A stretch of 32,000 bases of DNA. It comes from Cereibacter sphaeroides 2.4.1 (GTDB taxonomy: Bacteria; Pseudomonadota; Alphaproteobacteria; Rhodobacterales; Rhodobacteraceae). Position numbers and translations under genes: made by a program. A model generated the notes under the pieces. That model worked only from the letters and a program-made list of their open reading frames with translations, was not told where the DNA came from and made no database searches. The stretch's first letter is position 1. The number at the start of each line of letters is the position of its first letter. The stretch lies in contig NC_007493.2 in assembly GCF_000012905.2 (NCBI RefSeq), positions 840,001-872,000 of the forward strand, given 5' to 3'. Below are positions 1-8,622 of this stretch, in pieces.

Positions 1-30
1 CATGCGCGGCTGGCGGCGCTGTCGGGCTGA
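1..30 (+). CDS. 3' end of an unidentified CDS entering from upstream of the window (partial)
   Basis: Frame 1 reads cat gcg cgg ctg gcg gcg ctg tcg ggc TGA (HARLAALSG*). G/C occupies 8 of 9 third positions, as in the real genes here. A GC hairpin follows at 55-73. Too short to name. Confidence 0.3.
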   Translation, partial: HARLAALSG

Positions 31-54
31 GGCGACGGCCGGTTGAGGCGAAGG

Positions 55-102
55 CCGGGGGCGCTGCCCCCGGACCCCCGGGATATTTGGGCAGAGTGAA
101 AG
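55..102 (+). repeat. Dispersed intergenic element, copy 1: GC hairpin plus conserved 29-nt motif
   Basis: Hairpin CCGGGGGC-gct-GCCCCCGG lies at 55-73. It is followed directly by ACCCCCGGGATATTTGGGCAGAGTGAAAG (74-102), which is identical over 29 nt to 20003-20031. Confidence 0.8.
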
Positions 103-307
103 ACGGGAGGTTCAGCCGAACGCCAGGGCCCGCGGGCTGCCGGGGGGCGGCGGGCGGAGGCTGCGGCCCTGACGAGGAGCTAGGGCGGCAAGGGGCGCAG
201 GGTGCAGGCTGGAGGCGGACCCCGAGAGAGCTCGAGCGGTCCTGCTGTGTTCCGGGCGGCGGATCCGAGGAGCCGCCGCCGGGTAATGCCCGCCTTGGGA
301 GGCGGTC

Positions 308-2392
308 TCAGTCGGCCTCTTCGGCGGCCACCAGCACCATCACGCTCTGCCAGCCGACCGGGAGGGTGCCCAGAGCGGGCTCGTCGCAGGCGATGCGCTC
401 GCGCGACGTGTCGATCTTCAGCCGCCACTCGCCCTCGGGCAGCGCGAAGTCGCCGTCGTCGCCCGCGTTCAGCACCACGAGGAGGTCGCGCCCGCGCGGG
501 AGGTCGAGCCGGAGCGCGAAGAGCCTGAGCTCGCCCTCGTTCCAGTCGCCCTCCTCCATCTCGCGCCCGGCAGGATGGAGCCACGTAGCCACCGGCGTGT
601 CGTGCTGCACCGCGTCCGGGCCCACGGCGAAGCGGGCACGCGATATGCCGCCGTCGGCCTTGCGGAACTCGGCGAGGTCCGCCACGGCGCGGATCAACTC
701 GTCGCGCGCCTCCTCCCAGTCGAGCCAGGCGATCTCATTGTCCTGGCAGTAGGCGTTGTTGTTGCCCTGCTGGCTCTGGCCGAACTCGTCGCCCGCGAGG
801 ATCATGGGCACGCCCTGCGACAGGAACAGCGTGGCGAGCATGGCCTTCACCCGCCGCAGCCGCGCCTCGAGGATGCCGGGATCGTCGGTCGGCCCCTCGG
901 CGCCCAGATTGTGCGACAGGTTGTGCGAATGGCCGTCGCGGTTGTCCTCGCCGTTCGCCTCATTGTGCTTCTCGTCGTAGGAGACGAGGTCCCAGGCGGT
1001 GAAGCCGTCATGGGCCGCGATGAAGTTGACCGACGAGGTCGCAGGCCGGTGCGAATGGGAGAACTGCACCGGCGAGCCCAGAAGACGCTGCGACACGTCG
1101 CCGATCAGCCCGGGGTCGCGCCGCCAGAAGGCGCGGAGGTCGTCGCGCGCCTTGTCGTTCCATTCGCGGAACGGCCAGGGGAAGCCGCCGACCTGATAGC
1201 CGCCCTCGCCGATGTCCCAGGGTTCGGCGATCAGCTTGACCATCGAGAGCACCGGATCCTGCCGGATCGCCGCGAAGAACGTGCCGCCGCGTTCGAACCC
1301 CTCGGGCTCGCGGCCGAGTGTCGAGGCGAGGTCGAAGCGGAAGCCGTCGACATGCATGACTTCGACCCAGTAGCGCAAGGAGTCCATCACCATGCGCAGC
1401 ACCATCGGATGGGCCACGTTGAGCGTGTTGCCGGTGCCAGTCGTGTCGAAGGAATGGCGCTTCGCCTCGGGCGAGAGCAGGTAGTAGGAGGCATTGTCGA
1501 TGCCGCGGAACGAGAGCGTCGGGCCCTTCTCGTTGCCCTCGCAGGTGTGGTTGTAGACCACATCGAGGATCACCTCGATGCCGGCATCGTGGAACCGCTT
1601 GATCGCCCGCTTCACCTCGCGCATGGAGCCCGACTTCGTGTAGGGCCGATAGGGCGCGAAGAAGGAGAGCGTGTTGTAGCCCCAGTAGTTCGACAGGCCC
1701 TTCTCGATCAGGTGGCGGTCGTTGAGGAAGCCGTGGATGGGCAGAAGCTCGATCGCCGTGACCCCGATGGCCTTCAGATGGTCGATCACCGCCGGCGAGG
1801 CGAGGCCCTTGAAGGTGCCGCGATCCTCTTCCGGCACGCCCGGATGGCGCATGGTCAGACCCTTCACATGGGCCTCGTAGATCACGGTGTCCTGCCAGCG
1901 GTGCCGGAGCGCCTTGTCCGCCTCCCAGTCGAAGGCCGGATCGACCACCACCGCCTTCGGCATGAAGGGTGCGCTGTCGCGCGGATCGAGTTCGAGATCG
2001 TCGCCGCCGATCGGATAGCCGAAGAGCGCATCGTCCCAGATCAGGTCCCCGCGCAGTTCGCGGGCATAGGGGTCGATCAGCAGCTTGTTCGGGTTGAAGC
2101 GATGGCCCTCTTCGGGCGCATGGGGGCCGTGGACACGGTAGCCGTAGGTCTGTCCTTCGCGGATGCCGGGCAGGTAGCCGTACCAGATCCCGCCCTCGTA
2201 GGAGGGCAGATCGAGGCAGTGGGTCTGGGTCTGGCCGGTCTCGTCGAAGAGGCAGAGCTCGACCCGCGTGGCATTCTCGGAGAAAAGGGGGAAATTGGTG
2301 CCCTCGCCGTCGAAATCCGCCCCGAGCCGGTTGGGATGGGCCGAGGACATGTCGAACTTGAGCGGCGGGGCCGGGCGGGTCGGGCGCTTCAT
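308..2392 (-). CDS. glgX: Glycogen debranching enzyme (GH13, GlgX type)
   Basis: 694-aa ORF with an N-terminal 'GADFDGEGTNFPLFSENATRVELCLFD' module and GH13 catalytic blocks (DVVYNHT, GFRFDLAS, EPWD, FIAAHDGF). Its ATG overlaps the glgC stop (ATGA at 2389-2392). Confidence 0.9.
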   Translation of the reverse strand: MKRPTRPAPPLKFDMSSAHPNRLGADFDGEGTNFPLFSENATRVELCLFDETGQTQTHCLDLPSYEGGIWYGYLPGIREGQTYGYRVHGPHAPEEGHRFNPNKLLIDPYARELRGDLIWDDALFGYPIGGDDLELDPRDSAPFMPKAVVVDPAFDWEADKALRHRWQDTVIYEAHVKGLTMRHPGVPEEDRGTFKGLASPAVIDHLKAIGVTAIELLPIHGFLNDRHLIEKGLSNYWGYNTLSFFAPYRPYTKSGSMREVKRAIKRFHDAGIEVILDVVYNHTCEGNEKGPTLSFRGIDNASYYLLSPEAKRHSFDTTGTGNTLNVAHPMVLRMVMDSLRYWVEVMHVDGFRFDLASTLGREPEGFERGGTFFAAIRQDPVLSMVKLIAEPWDIGEGGYQVGGFPWPFREWNDKARDDLRAFWRRDPGLIGDVSQRLLGSPVQFSHSHRPATSSVNFIAAHDGFTAWDLVSYDEKHNEANGEDNRDGHSHNLSHNLGAEGPTDDPGILEARLRRVKAMLATLFLSQGVPMILAGDEFGQSQQGNNNAYCQDNEIAWLDWEEARDELIRAVADLAEFRKADGGISRARFAVGPDAVQHDTPVATWLHPAGREMEEGDWNEGELRLFALRLDLPRGRDLLVVLNAGDDGDFALPEGEWRLKIDTSRERIACDEPALGTLPVGWQSVMVLVAAEEAD

Positions 2393-3618
2393 GCCGAGCG
2401 ACCCATGCGGGAGTCGGCGAAGGGCGCGACCAGCCGGCCGCGGTCGGCGGCGCGGCGGGCGAGCATGGGGGTCGTCACGAGAACCGTGCCCTCCTCGGTG
2501 CGGCGGAACCAGCGGGCGTCCTCGTCGGGATCCTCGCCGATGACGAGACCTGCGGGCACCGAGGTGCCGGGGGCCACGATGGTGCGGGTGAGGCGCACGC
2601 CGGGCGCCACGCGCGCGCCGGGCAGCAGCACGCTCTCGTCGAGCATGGTCCAGCGGCCGGGCAGGTCCCCGCCGAGCCGCGGGGAATGAAGCGCGATGCC
2701 GCCGGTCTGCATGCGGAAGGCGAACTGGATCAGCTCGCCGGTCGCGGCCTTCATCTCGTGCTCGCTCGCCGCGATGCGCGGCGGCAGCGCGCAGGGTGCC
2801 TCGCCCGTCTGGAACTCGAGCTGTGCCAGGCGGTAGGCATCGAGCGTGCCCACGTCGCGCCAGTAGAAGTTGTCGCCCGGCACGCGGTAGGCATGGGCCT
2901 CGCCCAGGGCCACCGCGAGCGGCAGGATGTCATGGCCGAAGTCCTGCGTTGCGCCGGGGATGATCCGCAGCACCGAGGCAAGCCAGTCGAGGTCGAAGAC
3001 ATAGATCCCCATGCTGACCTGCGCCCGTCCGGGAATGGCCGGATCGGCGGGCACCACCGCGGGCTTTTCGAGGAAGCTCTCGATGCGGCCGCCTTCGCTC
3101 GTGCGCACCACGCCGAATTCCGAGGCGCGGTCGGTGGGCACCGTATCCACGGCCACCGTGGCGGAGGCGCCAGACGCACGGTGGGCCGCCACCATGTCCG
3201 CGTAATCCATCTCATAGACATGGTCGGCCGCGAGCACCACGAGCTCGCGCACCCCTTCGGACTGAAGCTCGGCGAGGTTCGCGGCCACCGCCGCGGCCGT
3301 CCCGCCATAGCCCTGAGGACTGCCCGTCACCGCGGTGCCCTCGCGCAGACGCAGGCTGCCCCCGGCGAAGCGGCTGGCCCAGCGGCTCTCGAGGTGGTGG
3401 GCCAGCGTCTCCGGGCGGTATTGCGTGGCCACGATCATCCGGGTCAGGCCCGAGCGCGCCGCATTGGCGAGGGTGAAGTCGACGATCCGCCGCGGCCCGG
3501 CGAAGGGCAGGGCGGGCTTGCATTCGCGGGACGTCAACTCATGCAGGCGGGAGCCGCGACCTCCCGCGAGGAGGACCGTAAAGGTGGTGGACAGGTCCGG
3601 CCGTTGGGCGTCGCGCAT
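2389..3618 (-). CDS. glgC: Glucose-1-phosphate adenylyltransferase-like protein (divergent GlgC)
   Basis: Nucleotidyltransferase motif LLAGGRGSRLHELT, then KPALPFAG and IVATQY, plus a C-terminal left-handed beta-helix-like region. I place the start at the internal Met (MRDAQRPDL, cat at 3616-3618), not at the ORF-track start of 3690. That gives 409 aa. Confidence 0.8.
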   Translation of the reverse strand: MRDAQRPDLSTTFTVLLAGGRGSRLHELTSRECKPALPFAGPRRIVDFTLANAARSGLTRMIVATQYRPETLAHHLESRWASRFAGGSLRLREGTAVTGSPQGYGGTAAAVAANLAELQSEGVRELVVLAADHVYEMDYADMVAAHRASGASATVAVDTVPTDRASEFGVVRTSEGGRIESFLEKPAVVPADPAIPGRAQVSMGIYVFDLDWLASVLRIIPGATQDFGHDILPLAVALGEAHAYRVPGDNFYWRDVGTLDAYRLAQLEFQTGEAPCALPPRIAASEHEMKAATGELIQFAFRMQTGGIALHSPRLGGDLPGRWTMLDESVLLPGARVAPGVRLTRTIVAPGTSVPAGLVIGEDPDEDARWFRRTEEGTVLVTTPMLARRAADRGRLVAPFADSRMGRSA

Positions 3619-4087
3619 GGGGTTCGCATCCAGTTGTCGTGAAGTTGCGCGCTTCAACCGCCCGGCTGTCCCGCGGTTCCGCGGCGGCATGAAAAAAGGC
3701 TTGCGATCCGGGAGCCTGTGCCACCGGCTGCCTGTCCGCTGTGCAGGCGGCTGCGGCTCTCGGTCAGGCCTGCTCTTTGCGGGTCAGGACTGGGGTGCCG
3801 CACGACGTCGCGAGGCACGTCCGCGTCCGCGGTCCGGCGCGCATGGCGCGCCTCGGGACGGGACAGGATGCGGAACCTGCGGCCGGCCTGAGCCACCGAT
3901 CCGGTCCGGCGGGCGGAGCGGCCGTTCGGGCAGAGATGCTGGCGGAACCGGCAACTTCATGGGACGTTCCTCTGCCCAGATCCGAGGAGTCGCGCATGGC
4001 CGACAGCAGCTTCCGCACCACGCCCCGCCGGGCATCTGCCGCGACGGCGCGCAGACCGGACGGGGGTGCGGCTGTCCGCGGCGTCGG

Positions 4088-4618
4088 TCAGGTCCGGCGC
4101 TGCCAGGCCCGCACGAGCGCCGCCGCCGCATCCGCGAGCTGCCGGCGGCTGTCCATCTCGAGCCGGGCGGCCACCGCCCCGATCCGGGCCAGCTCGCGCG
4201 TCAAGGCGCCCGCATGACCGGCCGCGGCCTCCTGTTCGGAACTCCCAGACCGCCCAAGCTCGAACTGCGAGCCGAGGAAATAGTCGGGATGCCCGATGCT
4301 GCCTCCCACGGGATGCAGGAAGAGGAGATTGTCGAACCGCTCGCCCGAGAATCGGTAGTTGCGCAGCACGACCTGCGTCTCTTGCCCCTTGGACAGCGCC
4401 TCGCGGATGTCGGCCCGCGCCTGCTCGTTCTCGCCCTCGCGCTGGAGGAACCGGCAGTTGAACCCGAGGATCCGCCCTTCGGTATAGCCGGTCATCCGCA
4501 GGAACGGAGGGTTGGCCAGCACCAGCGGCTGTTCGGACAGGGACATGTCCACCAGCGTCAGGGCCACGCCCGAGCGATCGAAGATCCCGCGGATCTTCTC
4601 GAACTGTTTTTGGTCCAT
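4088..4618 (-). CDS. Short LOV-domain blue-light photoreceptor with no fused output domain (RsLOV-like)
   Basis: 176 aa with the canonical flavin-adduct motif GFNCRFLQ. Cys55 is encoded by gca at 4454-4456. The LOV core is followed only by C-terminal helices. AGGAGG lies 8 nt upstream of the ATG. Size and sequence match my memory of R. sphaeroides RsLOV. Confidence 0.9.
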   Translation of the reverse strand: MDQKQFEKIRGIFDRSGVALTLVDMSLSEQPLVLANPPFLRMTGYTEGRILGFNCRFLQREGENEQARADIREALSKGQETQVVLRNYRFSGERFDNLLFLHPVGGSIGHPDYFLGSQFELGRSGSSEQEAAAGHAGALTRELARIGAVAARLEMDSRRQLADAAAALVRAWQRRT

Positions 4619-4689
4619 TCCCCCTCGCCTCCTGTGCCGCCGGAGCGTATGCGTCGGGTTGTCGCAGTTCCAGACCGAAAGTTTACGAC

Positions 4690-7600
4690 ATGACGGAAAT
4701 GCTTTCCGCCGCCGAATCCGCGGCCGATCGCGACCTGGTCCTTCTCGGGATCGGGGCCTCGGCCGGCGGGCTGGAGGCGTTCCAGAGCCTGCTCGGTGCG
4801 CTGAGGCCCACCGACCGGTTCGCGCTGATCCTCGTGCAGCATCTCGATCCGGAACATGAAAGCCTGCTGCCCGAGCTTCTGTCCAAGCGCACGCGGCTGC
4901 CGGTGCAGTCCATCGAGGACGGAATGGAGATCGAGAGCGGCAACGTCTATCTCATCCCGCCGGCCTTCGGCCTCGACATCCGCGGCCGGGTCCTGAAGCT
5001 CGTGCCGTTCGAGGCGCCGCGGGGGCTGCGCCGGCCCATCGACAGCTTCTTCCAGGCGCTCGCGCGCGAGCATGGCAGCAATGCGGCGGGCGTGATCCTG
5101 TCGGGCACGGGATCGGACGGATCGAACGGCGTCCGGGCGATCAAGGAGGCGGGCGGTCTCGTCTTCGCGCAGGATCCCAAGGACGCCCGCTACGACGGGA
5201 TGCCCCGCTCGGCCATCGGCACGGGGGCGGTCGATCTCGTGCTGCCTGCGGCCGAGATGATCGGCGTGCTGCGCGATTTCCACGACCGCGCCTCGGGGAT
5301 CGCGCCGACCATCGAGAGCGACGCGGAGTTCATCGAGAAGGTGGTGCGCAACGTGCGCTACCGCACGGGCCACGACTTCTCCGGTTACAAGAGCGGCACG
5401 CTCCTCAGGCGAATCACGCTGCGCATGTCGGTGCTGGGGCTTACGGAGCCCGGCGACTATCTGCGCGAACTGGTGCAGAACCGGGGCGAGGCCGATCGGC
5501 TGTTCCGTGACCTGCTCATCAATGTCACCAGCTTCTTCCGCGACCCTGCGGCCTTCGACGCGCTGGCGCGGGTGGCGATCCCCGGGATCCTCGAGGAGAA
5601 GGGCCGCGGCGACGAGCTGCGGGTCTGGGTGCCGGGCTGTTCGACGGGGCAGGAGGCTTATACGGTCGCGATGATCCTCGCCGACGCGATGACGCGGCTC
5701 GACGTGCGTGCCCGGCTCTGCGTCTTCGGGACCGACATCGACGAGGATGCGCTCGCCATCGCGCGGCGGGCGCAATATCCCAATTCCATCGCCTCCGAGG
5801 TGCCGCCGCAGTTTCTCGAGCGCTACTTCACCCCCACCCGGCACGGTTTCGAGGTGCGCGGAGAGCTGCGCGACATGGTGCGCTTCTCGTCCCAGAGCCT
5901 CGTCAAGGATCCGCCCTTCTCCCGCCTCGACCTCATCACCTGCCGCAACCTGCTGATCTACTTCAATCACGAGCTGCAGGAGCTGGCGCAGCGCGTGTTT
6001 CACTACGCGCTCCGGCCCGGCGGTTTCCTGATGCTCGGCCCCTCCGAGACGGCCAAGGCCGAGGGCGACCCCTTCGTGAATGTGGTGCCCGAGCACCGGA
6101 TCTACCGGCGCAACGATGCGCTGGCGCGTTCGCTCGACCTGCCGCGCGGCTTCCGCAGCATCTCGCTTGCCTCCGAGGCAACGCACGATGCGCTGCCCGA
6201 GCAGATCTTCGGGCTGCCCTATGCCGCGGCCGAGGCGCTGGTCGTGCGCCATGTGCCGCCGTTCCTGCTCATCGGACCGCAGGACGAGGTGACGCGCGTG
6301 GGGGCGGGCGCCGAGAGGTTCGTGCGTCTCAATCCCGGCACCGCGTCGCTCGGCATCCGCGCCTTGATCCTTCCCGAGCTCGAGCAGCCGCTGAAGCGGC
6401 TTCTGACCGGAAGCGGGCTCGCCGGCGGCAGCTTCCGCCAGACACGGGTCGAGCTTTCCCGGGACGGAGAGGCGCAGGAGGTGACGATCGGCTGCGAGAC
6501 CCTGTCGAACGGTCTGCGTCTCGTGACCTTCGGCACCATCGCCAGCCCCTCCTCCGGCTCCGCCGCGGACCCCGACACGCGGATCGTGCTCGACGAGGCC
6601 TATGTGAGCCAGATCGAGGACGAGCTCGAGGAGGCGCGCCTGATGGTGCGCACCACGGTGGAGGAACTCGAGACGTCGAACGAGGAGCTGAAGAGCTCGA
6701 ACGAGGAAATGATGTCGATGAACGAGGAGCTCCAGTCGGCGAACGAGGAGCTCTCGACCACCAACGAGGAGCTGCAGACCAAGCTTGCCGAACTTGCCGA
6801 GGTCAATGCGGACCTCGCGAACTTCATGTCCTCCACCCAGATCGCGACCGTCTTCCTCGACCGCGAGCTGCGGTTGCGCTCCTTCACCCCCGAGGCCGCC
6901 ACCTGGTTCCGCTTCGTGGAGCAGGACCGCGGGCGCGAGATCACCGACATCCGCGCGCGTCTCGATATCGGGACCATCGCCGACGTCTGCCGTCGGGTGA
7001 TGGCGGAGGGCCCGGCCGAAGAGGTGGCGATGGTCTCGACCGATGGCGAGTCCGAGGTGATCGTGCGGTTCGCGCCCTATCGCAGCGGTTCGGGCGATCG
7101 GGGCGGGGTCGTCTTCTCGATCTTCGATGTGACCGCCGTCACCCGCTTCGCCCGCGCCGCCGAGGAGGCTTCGGCCGACGCCCGCGCCAGTGCCGAGGAA
7201 ATCGAGGAACTCTATCTCGGCAGTCCCGGCGCGATGGGCCTCGTCGACCGCGACTTCCGCTATCTGCGCGCCAATCCCAAGATGGCCGATTTCAGCGGCC
7301 TGCCCAATGAGAACCTCATCGGCCGGTCGATCTCGGAGGTCCATCCCGACGTGGCGGGGCGCATGGTGGCCTCGGTCCGCCGGGTGTTCGACAGCGGCGA
7401 GCCGGTGCTGCGGCAGGTGGTGCGCGGCACGACGCCCGCCGATCCCGACGTGCCGCGCGTCTGGGAGATCGACTGGTATCCCGTCCATCGCTCGGACGGG
7501 GTGCGGGCCGTGGGCTTCAACGTCACCGACGTGACCCGGCTTCTGGAACTTCAGGCCGACCTGCGCCGCATCATGCGCGAGCTGCAGCACCGGGTGAAGA

Positions 7601-8202
7601 ACATGCTTTCGAACGTGATCGCGCTGGTCAACCGGGCGCGGCGCGAGCAGGGCGACCCGCAGGAGATCCTCGAGACGCTGGCGCAGCGGATCCGGGCGCT
7701 CGCCAACACCCACAATCTGCTCACCTCGGAAAACTGGGCCTCGACCTCGCTCAGCGACATCTTCGCGCTCGAGCTTCTGAACGTCTATGGCGAGGAGCGG
7801 GTGACGCTCCGCGGCCCCGAGATGCGGCTCAACGCCCGCGCCACGCTGAGCCTCGGCATGGTGATCCATGAACTCGCCACCAACGCGTCGAAATACGGTG
7901 CCTTCTCGCGGCCCGAGGGGCGCGTGTCGGTGCGCTGGTCGCGGGTGGACGAGGGAGAAGGCGAGGAATTCCGTCTGGTGTGGCAGGAGAGCGGCGGTCC
8001 GGCGGTAAATCCGCCCTCGCGCGAGGGTTTCGGCACGCAATTGATGCGTTCGATGGTAGAGGGCTCCTTCTACGGCAGCATCGAGAGCAACTGGGAACCG
8101 GCCGGTCTTCGCCTCGTTGTGGCCCTGCCATGGAATGCAGCAACCGAAGTGGACTATGACAGTGACCTGGACCCCCTCCGCCATGCGGATCCTCTACCTT
8201 GA
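4690..8202 (+). CDS. Multidomain sensor: CheB-type methylesterase, CheR-type methyltransferase, coiled coil, PAS domains and an HWE-family histidine kinase
   Basis: CheB-like GIGASAGG, VQH and GTGSDG. CheR-like FFRD, VWVPGCSTGQEAYT and RNLLIYF. Six NEELxxx heptads. H-box LQHRVKNMLSN (His codon 7588-7590), N-box ELATNASKYGA, and the HWE signature VWQESGGP (7981-7989). Confidence 0.9.
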   Translation: MTEMLSAAESAADRDLVLLGIGASAGGLEAFQSLLGALRPTDRFALILVQHLDPEHESLLPELLSKRTRLPVQSIEDGMEIESGNVYLIPPAFGLDIRGRVLKLVPFEAPRGLRRPIDSFFQALAREHGSNAAGVILSGTGSDGSNGVRAIKEAGGLVFAQDPKDARYDGMPRSAIGTGAVDLVLPAAEMIGVLRDFHDRASGIAPTIESDAEFIEKVVRNVRYRTGHDFSGYKSGTLLRRITLRMSVLGLTEPGDYLRELVQNRGEADRLFRDLLINVTSFFRDPAAFDALARVAIPGILEEKGRGDELRVWVPGCSTGQEAYTVAMILADAMTRLDVRARLCVFGTDIDEDALAIARRAQYPNSIASEVPPQFLERYFTPTRHGFEVRGELRDMVRFSSQSLVKDPPFSRLDLITCRNLLIYFNHELQELAQRVFHYALRPGGFLMLGPSETAKAEGDPFVNVVPEHRIYRRNDALARSLDLPRGFRSISLASEATHDALPEQIFGLPYAAAEALVVRHVPPFLLIGPQDEVTRVGAGAERFVRLNPGTASLGIRALILPELEQPLKRLLTGSGLAGGSFRQTRVELSRDGEAQEVTIGCETLSNGLRLVTFGTIASPSSGSAADPDTRIVLDEAYVSQIEDELEEARLMVRTTVEELETSNEELKSSNEEMMSMNEELQSANEELSTTNEELQTKLAELAEVNADLANFMSSTQIATVFLDRELRLRSFTPEAATWFRFVEQDRGREITDIRARLDIGTIADVCRRVMAEGPAEEVAMVSTDGESEVIVRFAPYRSGSGDRGGVVFSIFDVTAVTRFARAAEEASADARASAEEIEELYLGSPGAMGLVDRDFRYLRANPKMADFSGLPNENLIGRSISEVHPDVAGRMVASVRRVFDSGEPVLRQVVRGTTPADPDVPRVWEIDWYPVHRSDGVRAVGFNVTDVTRLLELQADLRRIMRELQHRVKNMLSNVIALVNRARREQGDPQEILETLAQRIRALANTHNLLTSENWASTSLSDIFALELLNVYGEERVTLRGPEMRLNARATLSLGMVIHELATNASKYGAFSRPEGRVSVRWSRVDEGEGEEFRLVWQESGGPAVNPPSREGFGTQLMRSMVEGSFYGSIESNWEPAGLRLVVALPWNAATEVDYDSDLDPLRHADPLP
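6661..6786 (+). repeat. Six tandem 21-bp units inside the kinase CDS, encoding a heptad (EELxxxN) coiled coil
   Basis: Units start at 6661, 6682, 6703, 6724, 6745 and 6766, each beginning gaggaRMT. Translation is EELETSN EELKSSN EEMMSMN EELQSAN EELSTTN EELQTKL. Confidence 0.85.
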
Positions 8203-8536
8203 AGACGAAGCCATCATTGCGATGGAAACGGTGGAGACGCTGCGAGACATGGGGTTCGAGCAGATCGACATGGCCTACTCCCTGCCGGCGGCCGAAAAGT
8301 TCGTGGCCGAGGCACTGCCCGACATCGCCCTGCTCGACGTGAACCTGAGCCACGGGCGGACCTCGTTCGAGCTCGGAAGCCGCCTTCTGGGCGAGGGCGT
8401 GCCTGTCGTCTTCGCCACCGGCTATGCCAGTTCCAGCCTGCCGGCCGATCCCCGGGCGACCGTCATCGAGAAGCCGGTGACACCGGCCGCGCTGGAGCGC
8501 GCGCTGAACTCCGCCGCCTGCGCCTCCGAAGGCTGA
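8183..8536 (+). CDS. Single-domain response regulator (receiver only)
   Basis: 117 aa: MRILYLEDEAII..., a phosphoacceptor context IALLDVNL, then FATGY and EKP. The start is taken at the Met at 8183, which overlaps the kinase 3' end by 20 nt. The ORF-track start of 8117 adds non-receiver residues. Confidence 0.85.
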   Translation: MRILYLEDEAIIAMETVETLRDMGFEQIDMAYSLPAAEKFVAEALPDIALLDVNLSHGRTSFELGSRLLGEGVPVVFATGYASSSLPADPRATVIEKPVTPAALERALNSAACASEG

Positions 8537-8545
8537 ACCGGAGGG

Positions 8546-8571
8546 CGCTGCCGGGAACAAGCGCGGCAGCG
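8546..8571 (+). other. Perfect 8-bp stem-loop just after the response-regulator stop
   Basis: CGCTGCCG (8546-8553), a 10-nt loop, then CGGCAGCG (8564-8571). No U-tract follows, so its function as a terminator or processing site is uncertain. Confidence 0.35.
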
Positions 8572-8622
8572 GGACGTTGAGCTTCAAAGGCGGTGGCCCC
8601 GCCGCATCGGAGGATGAAGCCC

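Noticed and set aside
3764-4021. 85-aa minus-strand ORF in the LOV-glgC gap
   Set aside because: The composition is Arg/Pro/Ala/Gly-rich, with no SD, no motif and only moderate GC3. It cannot be distinguished from GC-driven background.
4558-8184. 1208-aa ORF on the minus strand, the longest in the track
   Set aside because: It is exactly antisense to the CheB-CheR-HWE kinase gene. The translation is Arg/Gly/Ala/Pro-rich with no recognisable motif. Long stop-free antisense frames are expected at about 70% GC. The same applies to 575-2689(+), 13649-14899(-), 14616-15644(-), 22977-24917(-), 24754-27039(-), 25014-27110(+), 28062-29336(+) and 30173-31963(-).
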